DNA of 64,000 bases from Flavobacteriales bacterium (GTDB lineage: Bacteria; Bacteroidota; Bacteroidia; Flavobacteriales_F; PHOS-HE28), in NCBI GenBank assembly GCA_020635655.1, contig JACJZI010000005.1, positions 74,036-138,035 on the forward strand, read 5' to 3'. A program made the position numbers and the translations under genes. Under the pieces are notes generated by a model that was not told the DNA's origin, searched no databases, and saw only the letters and a list, made by a program, of their open reading frames with translations. The first letter of the stretch is position 1; each line of letters begins with the position of its first letter. Shown here in pieces: positions 36,301 through 46,753 of the stretch.

Positions 36301-37751
36301 GGGGTCGGGTCGTCCGGAACGTTCGTGTTGCCAGTGGAAGAAGGAGAGGTACGCGCCGCATTGCTGGACCCGCGGGCGTCCTCCGAGCGCAGATTGTGGA
36401 GCAGGCGCTCCTTCATGTGCTCGTAGTAGCTCTTGCGATCGAAAGCGAACGCGGCCACATATCCGAAACTGGCCGCGTACATCAATTGAAAGATGGCGGA
36501 GTGGCGATCGGTCATTTCCAGGACCAGGATCGCGGATGTGAACGGGGATCGCGTCACCCCGGTCAGGAAGGCCACCATGCCGGCGAGCACCATCACGTTG
36601 AACTCGCCCCGGCTGGGATCGAAGAACTGCGCTATGAACCCGCCGACCGTGGCGCCGGCGGTCAGGGCCGGAGCGAAGATGCCTCCTGCGCCCCCGGCGC
36701 TGAAGGACACCAAAGGGGAAAGGAACCGCATGAGCACATCGGTCGCGGAGGAATGCATCTCCGGGTCGAACAGGTAGGATTCGAGGAGCGACTTGCCGGA
36801 TCCCAGGACCCGGGTCCCGGTGAGCAGGAACAGAACGGAGAACGCGAGCGCGGCGGCGAGCACGTACATCACCTGCCCACGGTCGGAAGCCAGTGATCGT
36901 TTGAACTTGTCCAACACGAGCAGACCGCGGCAGAAAAGGGCACCTCCGGCACCGGCCAGCACGCCGATCAGGAGGACCTTGTACATGAAGGAGAACCCGA
37001 CGGGTTCCAGCTTCGGATACCCCAGGTACAGGTAGGGCCCGAGAAGCCATTGGGCCGTCATCCCGGCGATGATCACCGCCGTGAGCACGGCCGTGCGGAA
37101 TTGCGCGATGTGGGTGCGCGTCAATTCTTCCACGGCGAAGACGATCCCACCGAGCGGTGTGTTGAACGCGGCGCTGAGACCTGCTGCACCACCGGTGATC
37201 AACATGACCCGGCGGCTCACCTTGGGCCAGAAGGGAGGCAGCACCTTGTGCACGGTCCGGTAGACGCTGCCGGCGATCTGGATGGTGGGTCCCTCGCGGC
37301 CAACGGCACCGCCGCCCAAGACCATCGCCAGACTGCTGGCCATCTTCACCAGGATGATCCGCAGGTTGAGGAATTTCCAACTGCGGTCGCCGGTCCGGTC
37401 ATTGGCCACCTCGATGGCCGCGGTGAGCTGGGGGATCCCGCTGCCCGCGGCCATGGGCGAGAACCGACGCACCAGCCACCAGGAAAGCAGGAACCCGAAC
37501 GGGGCGCTGGCCAGTACGAGATAGGGATGAAGCCCGAGGATCCACAGGTTCAGTTCCTCGATCAGATGGAACAACTGGGCGAACCCCACGGCGATCAATG
37601 AGGTGAGGACGGCCGCCACCTGGTAGGGCAGGGAGAGCAGGAAAAGGTCCTTGGCGCGACTGCTCTTGACCCGTTCCCGCCAGCGTTCGAGCCAGGCGGA
37701 GATGCGGACCTGCACGTCCTCGTACCAGGCCTCCTGCTTCTTTTCGTTCAT
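36297..37751 (-). CDS. ClC-family chloride channel / H+-Cl- antiporter
   Basis: [17 protein letters not shown] and GGIFAP selectivity-filter motifs. Start set at MNEKKQEAW. Confidence 0.87.
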   Translation of the reverse strand: MNEKKQEAWYEDVQVRISAWLERWRERVKSSRAKDLFLLSLPYQVAAVLTSLIAVGFAQLFHLIEELNLWILGLHPYLVLASAPFGFLLSWWLVRRFSPMAAGSGIPQLTAAIEVANDRTGDRSWKFLNLRIILVKMASSLAMVLGGGAVGREGPTIQIAGSVYRTVHKVLPPFWPKVSRRVMLITGGAAGLSAAFNTPLGGIVFAVEELTRTHIAQFRTAVLTAVIIAGMTAQWLLGPYLYLGYPKLEPVGFSFMYKVLLIGVLAGAGGALFCRGLLVLDKFKRSLASDRGQVMYVLAAALAFSVLFLLTGTRVLGSGKSLLESYLFDPEMHSSATDVLMRFLSPLVSFSAGGAGGIFAPALTAGATVGGFIAQFFDPSRGEFNVMVLAGMVAFLTGVTRSPFTSAILVLEMTDRHSAIFQLMYAASFGYVAAFAFDRKSYYEHMKERLLHNLRSEDARGSSNAARTSPSSTGNTNVPDDPTP

Positions 37752-37848
37752 CGGGGGAGTGGCCTCAAAACTACCCGGTCGAACCCGTGGAAGGGCCGGT
37801 GATCGGCCAAAGTTCTCCACCTCGGGTCGCCATTCCCAGGGGATCGCA

Positions 37849-39228
37849 TCACACCAGCATGCCCACGATGGCGGCGGTGAACAGGCAGGCCATGGTGCCT
37901 CCGATCAATGCGCGCAGTCCGAGCTGGCTCAGCACGCCCCGCTTCTCGGGCGCCAGGGCCCCAATGCCGCCGATCTGGATGCCGATGCTGGCGAAGTTGG
38001 CGAAGCCACAAAGAATGTAGGTGGCCATGATGATGCTGCGTTCACTGGCGAACGCACCGGCCGTCTTCATGTGACCGAGGGTGACGTAGGCGTAGAATTC
38101 GTTCAGGATGGTCTTCTCTCCGAGCAGTTGTCCCACCTGGGTGATATCCGCGGCAGGCACGCCGAGAAGCCAGGCCAGCGGAGCACAGATGTAGCCCAGG
38201 AGGAATTGGAAGCTCAATTCCTTGTAGCCGGTGTGCCCGGCGATCACCCCGTTCAGATGGGTCCAATCACCCACCTTGAAAAGGATGTAGTTGCCGAAAT
38301 AGATCAGCGCGGTGAAGACGAGCAACATGGCCCCGACGTTCACGGCGAGCTTGATGCCATCGGTGGTGCCGTTGGCCACGGCCTCCAGCACGTTGCTGCC
38401 GATGCGTTCCTTGCTGATCTCCACATGTTCCTGGTATTTCTCCCTCTCGGGCAGCAGCATCTTGGCGGCCACCACTGCGGCGGGGGCGCTCATGAGGGAG
38501 GCGGTGAGCAGGTGCTTGGCGAAGAGGATCTTCTGGACCGGGTCGGTCCCGCCCAGGAAATTGATGTAGCTCGCCAGCACACCACCGGCGATCGTGGCCA
38601 TGCCGCCCACCATCACGCACAGCAGTTCGCTGCGGGTCATGGTGTTCAGATAGGGCCGGATCAGCAGCGGGCTCTCGGTCTGGCCCAGGAAGATGTTGCC
38701 CGCCGCGCTGAGACTTTCCGCTCCGCTGATGCGCAGCGTACGCTTCATCAGCCAGGCGAAGGCCTGTACGAACTTCTGCAGCACGCCCAGATAGTAGAAC
38801 AGGCTCATCAGCGCGCTGAAGTAGATGATGGTGGGCAGCACGCGGAAGGCGAAATTCAGCAGGGCATTGTCGGTCTTGCCGTTGGTGAAACTGCTGAACA
38901 GGAACTCGCTGCCCCGATCGGCGAAGGAGATCACCTTGACGAAGGCGGCGCTGAGCCATTCGAATACCGTGGCCGCACCGGGGACCTTCAGGACCAGGAC
39001 CGCGAGGGTGAACTGGAACAGGAGGCCCTTCCACACCAGGTGCCAGGGGATGTGGCGGCGGTCCGCGCTGAAAAGCCAACACAGGCCCACTACGGTGGCC
39101 AGTCCCAGGAGCCCGCGCATCACACCGGTCACGGACATTCCCTCCACAGGAGCAGGGCCGGCCTGGGCAAGCACCGGGAGCGGCAGGAGCAGAAGCAGCA
39201 GCAGGACCGCCCGGTGGAGGTTGCGCAT
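37849..39228 (-). CDS. Concentrative nucleoside transporter (NupC/CNT family)
   Basis: Multi-TM with GFANFASIGIQIGGIG and EFYAYV motifs typical of CNT proteins. A signal-like N-terminal 30 aa makes the start uncertain. Confidence 0.83.
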   Translation of the reverse strand: MRNLHRAVLLLLLLLPLPVLAQAGPAPVEGMSVTGVMRGLLGLATVVGLCWLFSADRRHIPWHLVWKGLLFQFTLAVLVLKVPGAATVFEWLSAAFVKVISFADRGSEFLFSSFTNGKTDNALLNFAFRVLPTIIYFSALMSLFYYLGVLQKFVQAFAWLMKRTLRISGAESLSAAGNIFLGQTESPLLIRPYLNTMTRSELLCVMVGGMATIAGGVLASYINFLGGTDPVQKILFAKHLLTASLMSAPAAVVAAKMLLPEREKYQEHVEISKERIGSNVLEAVANGTTDGIKLAVNVGAMLLVFTALIYFGNYILFKVGDWTHLNGVIAGHTGYKELSFQFLLGYICAPLAWLLGVPAADITQVGQLLGEKTILNEFYAYVTLGHMKTAGAFASERSIIMATYILCGFANFASIGIQIGGIGALAPEKRGVLSQLGLRALIGGTMACLFTAAIVGMLV

Positions 39229-39232
39229 GGGG

Positions 39233-39814
39233 TCAGTTGGTCTGTTTCCGACGCTTTATCTCATCCCGGATCTGGGAAGCACGCTCGTAGTCCTCACTGG
39301 CAAGCGCTTCATCCAGTTCCGCTTGCAGTTCGTCGATGGAACTGGTGGTCAAGGACTTTTGGATGGGTTCCTTCTCGGCACCGGCCTCGGCCTGTTCCTC
39401 GCCCTCCTCGACCTTCAGTCCGGCGGCGCCCATGATGAATTCATAGGTGTAGATGGGGCACTCGAACCGCAGTGCCAACGCGATGGCATCGCTGGACCGG
39501 GCATCGATCTCCGCTTCGTTCCCGTCCTGGTCCAGCACGAGCTTCGCGTGGAAGATGCCCTCGACCAGGTCATTGATGATCACCTCCTTCAACTGGATGT
39601 CCAGGGTATCGCAGAGGGTCTTGAACAGGTCGTGCGTCAGGGGGCGTGCCGGTTTGATGTGCTCCACCTGGATGGCGATGGCCTGTGCCTCCACGCCCCC
39701 GATGATGATCGGCAGCCGGCGATCGCCTTTGGCCTCGCTGAGGATCAGGGCGTACGCCCCCGCGTGGGTATGGCTGTACGTGATCCGGAGGAACTTCAGC
39801 TCGACCTTCTCCAT
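39233..39814 (-). CDS. Bifunctional nuclease (DUF151/BFN) with a C-terminal UVR motif
   Basis: RLPIIIG..EAQAIA, RPLTHDL, IDARSSDAIALALR, and C-terminal EDYERASQIRDEI. Confidence 0.8.
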   Translation of the reverse strand: MEKVELKFLRITYSHTHAGAYALILSEAKGDRRLPIIIGGVEAQAIAIQVEHIKPARPLTHDLFKTLCDTLDIQLKEVIINDLVEGIFHAKLVLDQDGNEAEIDARSSDAIALALRFECPIYTYEFIMGAAGLKVEEGEEQAEAGAEKEPIQKSLTTSSIDELQAELDEALASEDYERASQIRDEIKRRKQTN

Positions 39815-39879
39815 CCCTTGCAGAAAGGGCCTCGAAGATACGGGAACAGGACGGACCCGGCCTTCGCGCCCCGGTCGGG

Positions 39880-40818
39880 TCAGTGTTCAGCGTTCAGTTT
39901 TTTCGCGGCCTCGATCAATTTCGGCAGCACTTCGAACGCGTCGCCCACGATGCCATAGTCCGCGGCCTTGAAGAAGGGTGCCTCGGGATCCTTGTTGATC
40001 ACGGCGATCACTTTGCTCTGGTTGACGCCTGCCAGATGCTGGATCGCTCCGCTGATGCCGATGGCGATGTAGCAATTCGGGCGGATGGCGATCCCGGTCT
40101 GTCCCACATGCTCATGGTGCGGGCGCCAATGCATGTCGGCCACGGGGCGGCTGCATGCGGTCGCGGCACCCAGCAACCGGGCCAGTTCCTCGATCGGGCC
40201 CCAGTTCTCTGGTCCCTTCATTCCCCGCCCGGCGCTTACCACGATCTCGGCCTCCGGCAGAGGGATGCCCTCTCCGGCCTTGCGGACCTCCTTCAGCGCG
40301 ATGCGCGGTTCGCCCAGGTCGCCGCTGTACTCCTCAACGGTAGCGGTCCTTTCACCCTGTTCCGGCGCGATCGAATTGGGCATGAGGCTGATCACACGCA
40401 CGGGGCTGGACACTTTCACCCATGAACGCGCCTTGCCGCTGAAGACGTTCCGCTTGATCAGATCTCCCTCGGGCAGGGCGATCGCGCCGGCCACATGACC
40501 TGCCTTCAGGCGGGCCGCCACACGTGGCGCCACCGATCTGCCGGTGGCGTCGTGCATGCAAACAACGTTCTTGGCGTCCTGGTCCGAGGCCACGTCGACG
40601 ACCAGTTTGGTCAACTGTTGGCCATCGACGGTATTCACGCCGCGCGCCACCACCACCTTGCCCGCTCCATAGGCGCCCAGGGCCTCAAGTCCGGTCGCAT
40701 CGCCGAACGTGACGGCCGTGACCGGACCTCCGGATAGTTGGTGTGCGTAAGTCACGGCCTCCGTTGCCGCCTTGGGGATCTTCTTCCCACGCGTGTCGAT
40801 GAATACGATCGTGCTCAT
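39880..40818 (-). CDS. etfA: Electron transfer flavoprotein alpha subunit
   Basis: VVSAGRG, QVGQTG..I.P..YIAIGISGAIQHLAG, and AINKD.EAPFF..ADYG. Confidence 0.92.
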   Translation of the reverse strand: MSTIVFIDTRGKKIPKAATEAVTYAHQLSGGPVTAVTFGDATGLEALGAYGAGKVVVARGVNTVDGQQLTKLVVDVASDQDAKNVVCMHDATGRSVAPRVAARLKAGHVAGAIALPEGDLIKRNVFSGKARSWVKVSSPVRVISLMPNSIAPEQGERTATVEEYSGDLGEPRIALKEVRKAGEGIPLPEAEIVVSAGRGMKGPENWGPIEELARLLGAATACSRPVADMHWRPHHEHVGQTGIAIRPNCYIAIGISGAIQHLAGVNQSKVIAVINKDPEAPFFKAADYGIVGDAFEVLPKLIEAAKKLNAEH

Positions 40819-40883
40819 GTTCTTGATCTCGTCAAATGACCCGGTGGGTCGACTTCACATGTGGTCCTGTCCGAATTCCGACC

Positions 40884-41624
40884 TCAAATGACCTTTGCCT
40901 CGGAATGCAACAGTTCGATCAGCTGACCGGCGTCCTCGGCGGGGATCATCTTGCAGGTGCCCTTCGGAGGGGGGAGCTCGAACCTCGCCGTGGCCGCCAC
41001 ATGGTCCGCCTCGGCCGCGGGCACCACGTTCAGGGGCTTGGTGCGTGCGGCCATGATGCCGCGCATGTTCGGGATGCGTTGTTCGGCCATGCCCTTTGAC
41101 GCGCTGACCACCAGGGGCAGCTGCACTTCCAATACTTCCACGCCACCCGCCACGTCGCGCTCCACCGTGGCGGTCGCGCCTGCGATGTCCAGCTTGCTGG
41201 CGAGTGGCACGTAGGGCAGGTCCAGCAGCTCGGCCACCATGCCGGCCACCTGGCTACCATTGTAGTCGATGGTCTCCTTGCCGGCCAGCACCAGGTCGTA
41301 GCCCTTGTCCGTGGCAAAGGCCGCGATCTGCTCCGCGACCTGCAGGGCATCGACCGGAGCGACATCGATCCGCACCGCCTCGTCGGCGCCGATGGCCAGG
41401 GCCTTTCGTATCGTTGGCTCCGTATCGGCCGTGCCGACGGTCACAGTGGTGACGCTTCCCCCGTTCGCCTCCTTCAGTTCGAGCCCGCGGACCAGCGCAT
41501 ACCATTCGTCATAGGGGTTCACGATGAACTGCACGCCGCTCGTGTCGTAGGAAGTGTTGTCGTTCGTGAAGGCGATCCGGGCCGTGGTATCGGGCACCTG
41601 GCTGATCAGGACAAGGATCTTCAT
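40884..41624 (-). CDS. etfB: Electron transfer flavoprotein beta subunit
   Basis: MKILVLISQVPDT, NPYDE.A.. and LAGKETID....QV. Immediately upstream of etfA. Confidence 0.92.
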   Translation of the reverse strand: MKILVLISQVPDTTARIAFTNDNTSYDTSGVQFIVNPYDEWYALVRGLELKEANGGSVTTVTVGTADTEPTIRKALAIGADEAVRIDVAPVDALQVAEQIAAFATDKGYDLVLAGKETIDYNGSQVAGMVAELLDLPYVPLASKLDIAGATATVERDVAGGVEVLEVQLPLVVSASKGMAEQRIPNMRGIMAARTKPLNVVPAAEADHVAATARFELPPPKGTCKMIPAEDAGQLIELLHSEAKVI

Positions 41625-41751
41625 CGGTTGATGCTGCTGATGAGGGCCGCAAAACTACGGACCATGTCCCAAGGGTATCCGATGGCCTTCCGATGGAGGG
41701 GAGTGATCGGGTGCATTCGCCTCGCTGTGTGCGCTACCTTCAGCGACCCCA

Positions 41752-43158
41752 ATGCCCTGGATCATGGACCACACGACATCCCGCAGCATGTTCTCGATCA
41801 CCGTCCTGCTCAGCATCACCTTGCCGGGGGCATGTTCTCTTAAGGCCCAATCGAGCAATGCGCTCGACTTCGATGGCATCGACGACAAGGTGGTGGTCCA
41901 GAACGCATCGGCGCTGATCGCCAATGCCCCGGGTGTCAGCCTTGGGTGCTGGGTCTATCCGACCAACGCAGCACCGCAATACCCCGATTTCGACGGCTTC
42001 GTCGGATTCCGCAATGAGGTCGATTGCGACCTCTACATGGTCCAGATCGCGCCGACCACGACGTTGGAATGCCGCATCCGCAACAGCGCCAACCAATGGT
42101 TCACGCTGACCTATCCAAGCCTGGACCTGAACACCTGGCAATTCCTGATGTTGACCTTTGACGGATCGGCCCTTACACTCTACAAGAACGGAATGAACGT
42201 GGCATCGATCCCTGCCAGCGGATCGATCACCAGCACAACGACGCCATTGTATATCGGGGACCTGCTCTTCCAGTTCACGGACTTCTTCCTGGATGGTCGT
42301 GTCGATGAGGTGAGCCTGTGGAGCCGCACCCTGTTGCCGGCCGAGATCACCTGCATGTACAATGAGGGTCCGGACCCTTCCGACAATGACCTCCAGCTCT
42401 ACTACAGGTTCGACCAGGGAACGGCGGGCGGGGCGAACCCGGGCATCACCACCCTGACCGACATGCAGGGTCAGATCGACGGGGACCTGACCGGTTTCGC
42501 ACTGAACGGGTCCAGTTCGAACTTCGTGCAGGGGGCCCTGCTCGGGCATGCCGCATCCGCCACGATCTGTCAGGGGGATGTTCTTGCCTTCGGTACGCAG
42601 GACCTGACCGATGCGGGGATTTATACCGAGATCTTTTCCACTGGTGGTGCGTGTGATTCCGTGGTCACGCTCACCCTGGATGTACAAAGCGTGGACACCG
42701 CGGTCGTGTTGAACGGGGTCACACTGCAGGCCCAGGCAGGTGGTGCGCAATATCAATGGATCGATTGTGACAACGGCATGCCCATGGTCGGTCAGACGGC
42801 ACAGACCTTCACGCCCACGGTCAATGGGAACTACGCCTTGGTGATCACGCAGAGCGGATGCACGGATACATCGGCCTGTCATTCGGTGAACACCCTGAGC
42901 GTTCAGCAGGAGAGCGGCACAAGTGGGGCATTGATCTATCCCGATCCGGTGCGCGGCCTGCTCATGGTACGCACACCGGTGGCCTGGGTCGGCGGCACGC
43001 TCCGCATCCTGGACCTGCAGGGCCGGCCCGTGCTGGGTGAGCGGGTCGTGAAGGCGCCGGAGATGGTACTGGACGTGTCCGGACTTGCCCATGGTCGTTA
43101 CGTGGTGCGTATCGATGGGCCCGGCGTGCGTTGGGTCCAGGGTTTCGACCGCGAATAG
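41752..43158 (+). CDS. T9SS-secreted LamG/concanavalin-like lectin domain protein
   Basis: NALDFDGIDDKVVV....LTF.GS.L.LYKNG....DEVSLWSR.L (Laminin_G_3-like). C-terminal LIYPDPVRGLLMV...LRILDLQGRPV...GRYVVRI sorting domain. Confidence 0.8.
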   Translation: MPWIMDHTTSRSMFSITVLLSITLPGACSLKAQSSNALDFDGIDDKVVVQNASALIANAPGVSLGCWVYPTNAAPQYPDFDGFVGFRNEVDCDLYMVQIAPTTTLECRIRNSANQWFTLTYPSLDLNTWQFLMLTFDGSALTLYKNGMNVASIPASGSITSTTTPLYIGDLLFQFTDFFLDGRVDEVSLWSRTLLPAEITCMYNEGPDPSDNDLQLYYRFDQGTAGGANPGITTLTDMQGQIDGDLTGFALNGSSSNFVQGALLGHAASATICQGDVLAFGTQDLTDAGIYTEIFSTGGACDSVVTLTLDVQSVDTAVVLNGVTLQAQAGGAQYQWIDCDNGMPMVGQTAQTFTPTVNGNYALVITQSGCTDTSACHSVNTLSVQQESGTSGALIYPDPVRGLLMVRTPVAWVGGTLRILDLQGRPVLGERVVKAPEMVLDVSGLAHGRYVVRIDGPGVRWVQGFDRE

Positions 43159-43197
43159 ATCTCATGCCCCGCGTTCCAGCGGGCGCAGGACCTCGTC

Positions 43198-43205
43198 TAC
43201 CTTTG
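43198..43205 (+). promoter_or_regulatory. Putative -7 promoter box TACCTTTG upstream of pdhB
   Basis: Matches TAnnTTTG, 18 nt before the ATG at 43224. Confidence 0.4.
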
Positions 43206-43223
43206 CACCCCACTGTCAAGATC

Positions 43224-44207
43224 ATGCGAACCGTCCAATTCCGGGAAGCCCTCAATGAGGCGATGAGCGAGGAGATGCGCCGCGACCCCAATGTGTTCCT
43301 GATGGGAGAGGAGGTCGCCGAGTATGACGGCGCCTACAAGGTGAGCAAGGGTATGCTGGAGGAGTTCGGTCCCGAGCGCGTGATCGACACCCCCATCAGC
43401 GAGCTCGGGTTCACCGGGATCGGCGTGGGAGCGGCCATGAACGGGCTGCGGCCGATCGTGGAGTTCATGACCTGGAATTTCGCGATCCTCGCGGCCGACC
43501 AGATCATCAACCACGCCGCCAAGATGCTGCAGATGAGCGGTGGCCAGTTCCATGTGCCCATCGTGTTCCGGGGGGGCAATGGCAGCGCGGGCCAGTTGGC
43601 CGCCACGCACAGCCAGAGCTTCGAACCATTCTATGCGAACGTGCCCGGCCTGAAGGTGGTCACGCCCAGCACGCCCTACGATGCCAAGGGGCTGCTGAAG
43701 GCGGCGATACGTGATGAGGACCCCGTGCTCTTCATGGAAAGTGAACGCATGTACGGTGACAAGGGGGACATCCCGGATGGGGAATATCTGTTGCCGATCG
43801 GTACCGCCGAAGTGAAACGACAAGGGTCCGATGTCACCATCGTCAGTTTCGGCAAGGTGATGAAGGAGGCCCTGCAGGCAGCGGAGGACCTGGAAAAGGA
43901 GGGCATACAGGCCGAAGTGATCGACCTGCGTACCATCCGCCCCATGGACCATGGTACGGTGATCGCTAGTGTGCGGAGGACGAACCGCCTGGTAGTGGTG
44001 GAGGAAAGCTGGCCCGTCGCGAGCATCAGCAGCGAGCTGGCCTATCGCGTGCAAAAGGATGCGTTCGACTTTTTGGACGCTCCTGTGGTCCGGGTGAACC
44101 AGGCCGATACGCCGCTTCCTTTCAGTGCACCGCTCATCGATGCCTCCCTGCCCAATGCCGACCGCGTGGTGCGCGCCGTGAAGGAGGTCATGTATCTCCG
44201 GAAGTAG
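43224..44207 (+). CDS. pdhB: Pyruvate/2-oxoacid dehydrogenase E1 component beta subunit
   Basis: REALNEAM.EEM..D..VFLMGEEV..Y.GAYKVS.G....FG..RV.DTPI.E.GF.G.GVGAA. Start at MRTVQF. Confidence 0.9.
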   Translation: MRTVQFREALNEAMSEEMRRDPNVFLMGEEVAEYDGAYKVSKGMLEEFGPERVIDTPISELGFTGIGVGAAMNGLRPIVEFMTWNFAILAADQIINHAAKMLQMSGGQFHVPIVFRGGNGSAGQLAATHSQSFEPFYANVPGLKVVTPSTPYDAKGLLKAAIRDEDPVLFMESERMYGDKGDIPDGEYLLPIGTAEVKRQGSDVTIVSFGKVMKEALQAAEDLEKEGIQAEVIDLRTIRPMDHGTVIASVRRTNRLVVVEESWPVASISSELAYRVQKDAFDFLDAPVVRVNQADTPLPFSAPLIDASLPNADRVVRAVKEVMYLRK

Positions 44208-44343
44208 GGAAGAAGGTCGATCGGTTCGGAACTGCACGTAGCGTGTTGGGATCGAGTGTCCGGTGATCGCTCCGCGCTCCACGGTCCAGCGGTCACAACC
44301 TCCGACACCCCGATCTTTCAACTGCCACTAACGCCCATTCCGC

Positions 44344-44351
44344 TATTTTTG
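44344..44351 (+). promoter_or_regulatory. Possible -7 promoter box TATTTTTG upstream of hppA
   Basis: Matches TAnnTTTG, 72 nt before the ATG at 44423. Confidence 0.3.
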
Positions 44352-44422
44352 CCGGCCTGCCGTGCCTGATGGTCCGGCAACCTATTGAACGACAAGACCT
44401 TACAAAGAAATAGCACACTGCG

Positions 44423-46687
44423 ATGAGTAGTGAACTGATGTACTACGTTCCCGTGTTGGGACTGATCGGCCTGGTAGTGATGATCGGCAAGGCGATGTGG
44501 GTGAACCGACAGGATGCCGGCGATGCGAACATGAAGGAGCTTGCGGGTTACATCGCAGATGGGGCCAGCGCCTTCCTGAAGGCCGAATGGCGCGTACTGG
44601 GGATCTATGCCGTGATCGCCGCGGTCCTGTTGGGCTGGAGCGGTACGTTGGTGGAGCACAGTGACTGGGTCATCGCCTTGTCGTTCCTGATCGGCGCTTT
44701 CTTCAGTGCGTTCGCTGGATGGATCGGCATGAACATCGCCACCAAGGCCAATGTCCGGACCACGCAGGCCGCGCGCACGAGCCTTTCGAAGGCGTTGCGT
44801 GTCAGTTTCAATGGGGGCACGGTCATGGGCCTCGGCGTCGCCGGTCTTGCCGTGCTGGGTCTGAGCTCGCTGTTCATCATCTTCCTGCACATGTATGTCG
44901 TCTCGGGCGATGTGAACGGTGATGAAATGATGAAGGCGCTGGAAGTGCTCGCCGGCTTCTCGCTCGGTGCCGAATCGATCGCGCTGTTCGCCCGTGTGGG
45001 CGGTGGTATCTACACCAAGGCGGCCGACGTGGGTGCCGATCTGGTGGGCAAGGTCGAGGCCGGTATTCCCGAGGACGATCCCCGCAACCCCGCGACCGTG
45101 GCGGACAATGTGGGCGACAATGTGGGGGACGTCGCCGGCATGGGCGCCGATCTTTTCGGCAGCTATGTGGCCACCATCCTGGCGACGATGGTGCTCGGCC
45201 GGGAGGTGATCAGCGCCGACAACTTCGGAGGGATGGCACCAATCCTACTGCCCATGGTGATCGCCGGGCTGGGGATCCTGTTCAGCATCATCGGTACCTT
45301 TTTCGTACGCATCGCGAAGGAGACCGACAGCGTCATGGGCGCGCTCAACAAGGGCAACTGGGGGTCCATCCTGCTCACGGCCATCTCCAGCTATTTCGTC
45401 ATCCAATGGTTGCTGCCGGACACGCTCAAATTCCAGCGGCTGTTGGCGGACGGAACGCTGAGCGTCCATGAGTTCAGCCGGATGAACGTGTTCTATGCCA
45501 TTCTGCTGGGACTGGTGGTCGGTGCGTTGATGAGCGCCATCACGGAATACTACACCAGCATGGGCCGGAAGCCGGTGGACAGCATCGTGCAGAAGAGCGG
45601 CACGGGCCATGCCACGAACGTGATCGGCGGATTGGCCGTGGGCATGGAGAGCACCTTCCTGCCGATACTGGTGCTTGCGGGTGGCATTTACGGCGCGTTC
45701 AGCCTGGCGGGACTGTACGGTGTGGCGATCGCGGCGGCCGGGATGATGGCCACCACCGCCATGCAGCTGGCGATCGACGCCTTTGGTCCGATCGCGGACA
45801 ACGCCGGAGGCATCGCCGAAATGAGCGGTCTGCCGAAGGAGGTCCGCGCACGCACCGATATCCTCGATGCCACGGGCAATACCACCGCGGCCACCGGAAA
45901 GGGCTTCGCCATCGCATCGGCCGCGCTGACCGCGCTTGCGCTCTTCGCCGCCTATGTGGGCCTTGCGGGCATCAATGCGATCGACATCTACAAGGCCGAT
46001 GTGCTCGCGATGCTGTTCGTCGGCGGCATGATCCCGATGCTGTTCAGCTCCCTGGCGATCAGTGCCGTGGGCAAGGCCGCGATGGACATGGTGAAGGAAG
46101 TGCGCCGCCAGTTCCGTGAGATACCCGGCATCATGGAGGGCAAGGCCAAGCCCGAGTATGAGCGGTGCGTGGCGATCAGCACGCAGGCATCGATCCGGGA
46201 GATGATCCTGCCGGGCGCCCTTGCCCTGCTGGCGCCGGCGCTCGTCGGATTCACGATGGGCCCCGAGGCGCTCGGTGGTCTTTTGGCCGGCATCACGGTG
46301 AGCGGGGTCCTCATGGGGATGTTCCAGAACAATGCCGGCGGTGCGTGGGACAATGCCAAGAAGAGCTTCGAGAAAGGGGTGTTGATCGATGGCCAGGAGC
46401 ACAAGAAGGGAAGCGACCCCCACAAAGCGGCCGTGACCGGCGACACAGTGGGTGATCCGTTCAAGGACACCAGCGGACCGAGCATGAACATCCTGATCAA
46501 GCTCACCAGCATCGTGGCGCTGATCATCGCCCCGCACATCAGCCTCAACACCCCCCACGAACAGGAGCTCCCGAAGAACACCATCGAGAACATGCCAGTG
46601 GGCAGCAGCGATGCCTACGTAGCTCCGGTCCGCGCGGGCCAGGCAACGGCCGGGGTACCGGCGGTCGATGCGCACGATCGCCTCTGA
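44423..46687 (+). CDS. hppA: Membrane-bound proton/sodium-translocating pyrophosphatase
   Basis: [41 protein letters not shown] and DTVGDP.KDT.GPS.N motifs. Confidence 0.93.
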   Translation: MSSELMYYVPVLGLIGLVVMIGKAMWVNRQDAGDANMKELAGYIADGASAFLKAEWRVLGIYAVIAAVLLGWSGTLVEHSDWVIALSFLIGAFFSAFAGWIGMNIATKANVRTTQAARTSLSKALRVSFNGGTVMGLGVAGLAVLGLSSLFIIFLHMYVVSGDVNGDEMMKALEVLAGFSLGAESIALFARVGGGIYTKAADVGADLVGKVEAGIPEDDPRNPATVADNVGDNVGDVAGMGADLFGSYVATILATMVLGREVISADNFGGMAPILLPMVIAGLGILFSIIGTFFVRIAKETDSVMGALNKGNWGSILLTAISSYFVIQWLLPDTLKFQRLLADGTLSVHEFSRMNVFYAILLGLVVGALMSAITEYYTSMGRKPVDSIVQKSGTGHATNVIGGLAVGMESTFLPILVLAGGIYGAFSLAGLYGVAIAAAGMMATTAMQLAIDAFGPIADNAGGIAEMSGLPKEVRARTDILDATGNTTAATGKGFAIASAALTALALFAAYVGLAGINAIDIYKADVLAMLFVGGMIPMLFSSLAISAVGKAAMDMVKEVRRQFREIPGIMEGKAKPEYERCVAISTQASIREMILPGALALLAPALVGFTMGPEALGGLLAGITVSGVLMGMFQNNAGGAWDNAKKSFEKGVLIDGQEHKKGSDPHKAAVTGDTVGDPFKDTSGPSMNILIKLTSIVALIIAPHISLNTPHEQELPKNTIENMPVGSSDAYVAPVRAGQATAGVPAVDAHDRL

Positions 46688-46706
46688 GCATGTCGGACCG
46701 TCATTG

Positions 46707-46734
46707 AAAGGGCGAGGTCCGACCTCGCCCTTCT
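46707..46734. terminator. Bidirectional terminator hairpin between hppA and the deoxynucleoside kinase gene
   Basis: AAGGGCGAGGTC / GACCTCGCCCTT palindromic stem, with flanking A/T residues. Confidence 0.62.
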
Positions 46735-46753
46735 TGCGCTGTATAGTGGACGG

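Noticed and set aside
36301-37380. N-terminal 360 codons of the 624-aa ORF that ends as ThyA
   Set aside because: ThyA homology begins at MKAYLDLL (ATG at 36300). The upstream part runs out of frame through the ClC gene, which carries the GSGIPQ/GREGP motifs in its own frame.
37651-39435. 594-aa ORF on the plus strand
   Set aside because: It is antisense to the CNT nucleoside transporter and nuclease genes. It has no motifs and extreme Gly/Arg/His/Gln content.
45245-46675. 476-aa ORF antisense to hppA
   Set aside because: It is a shadow frame of a clearly recognisable pyrophosphatase gene.
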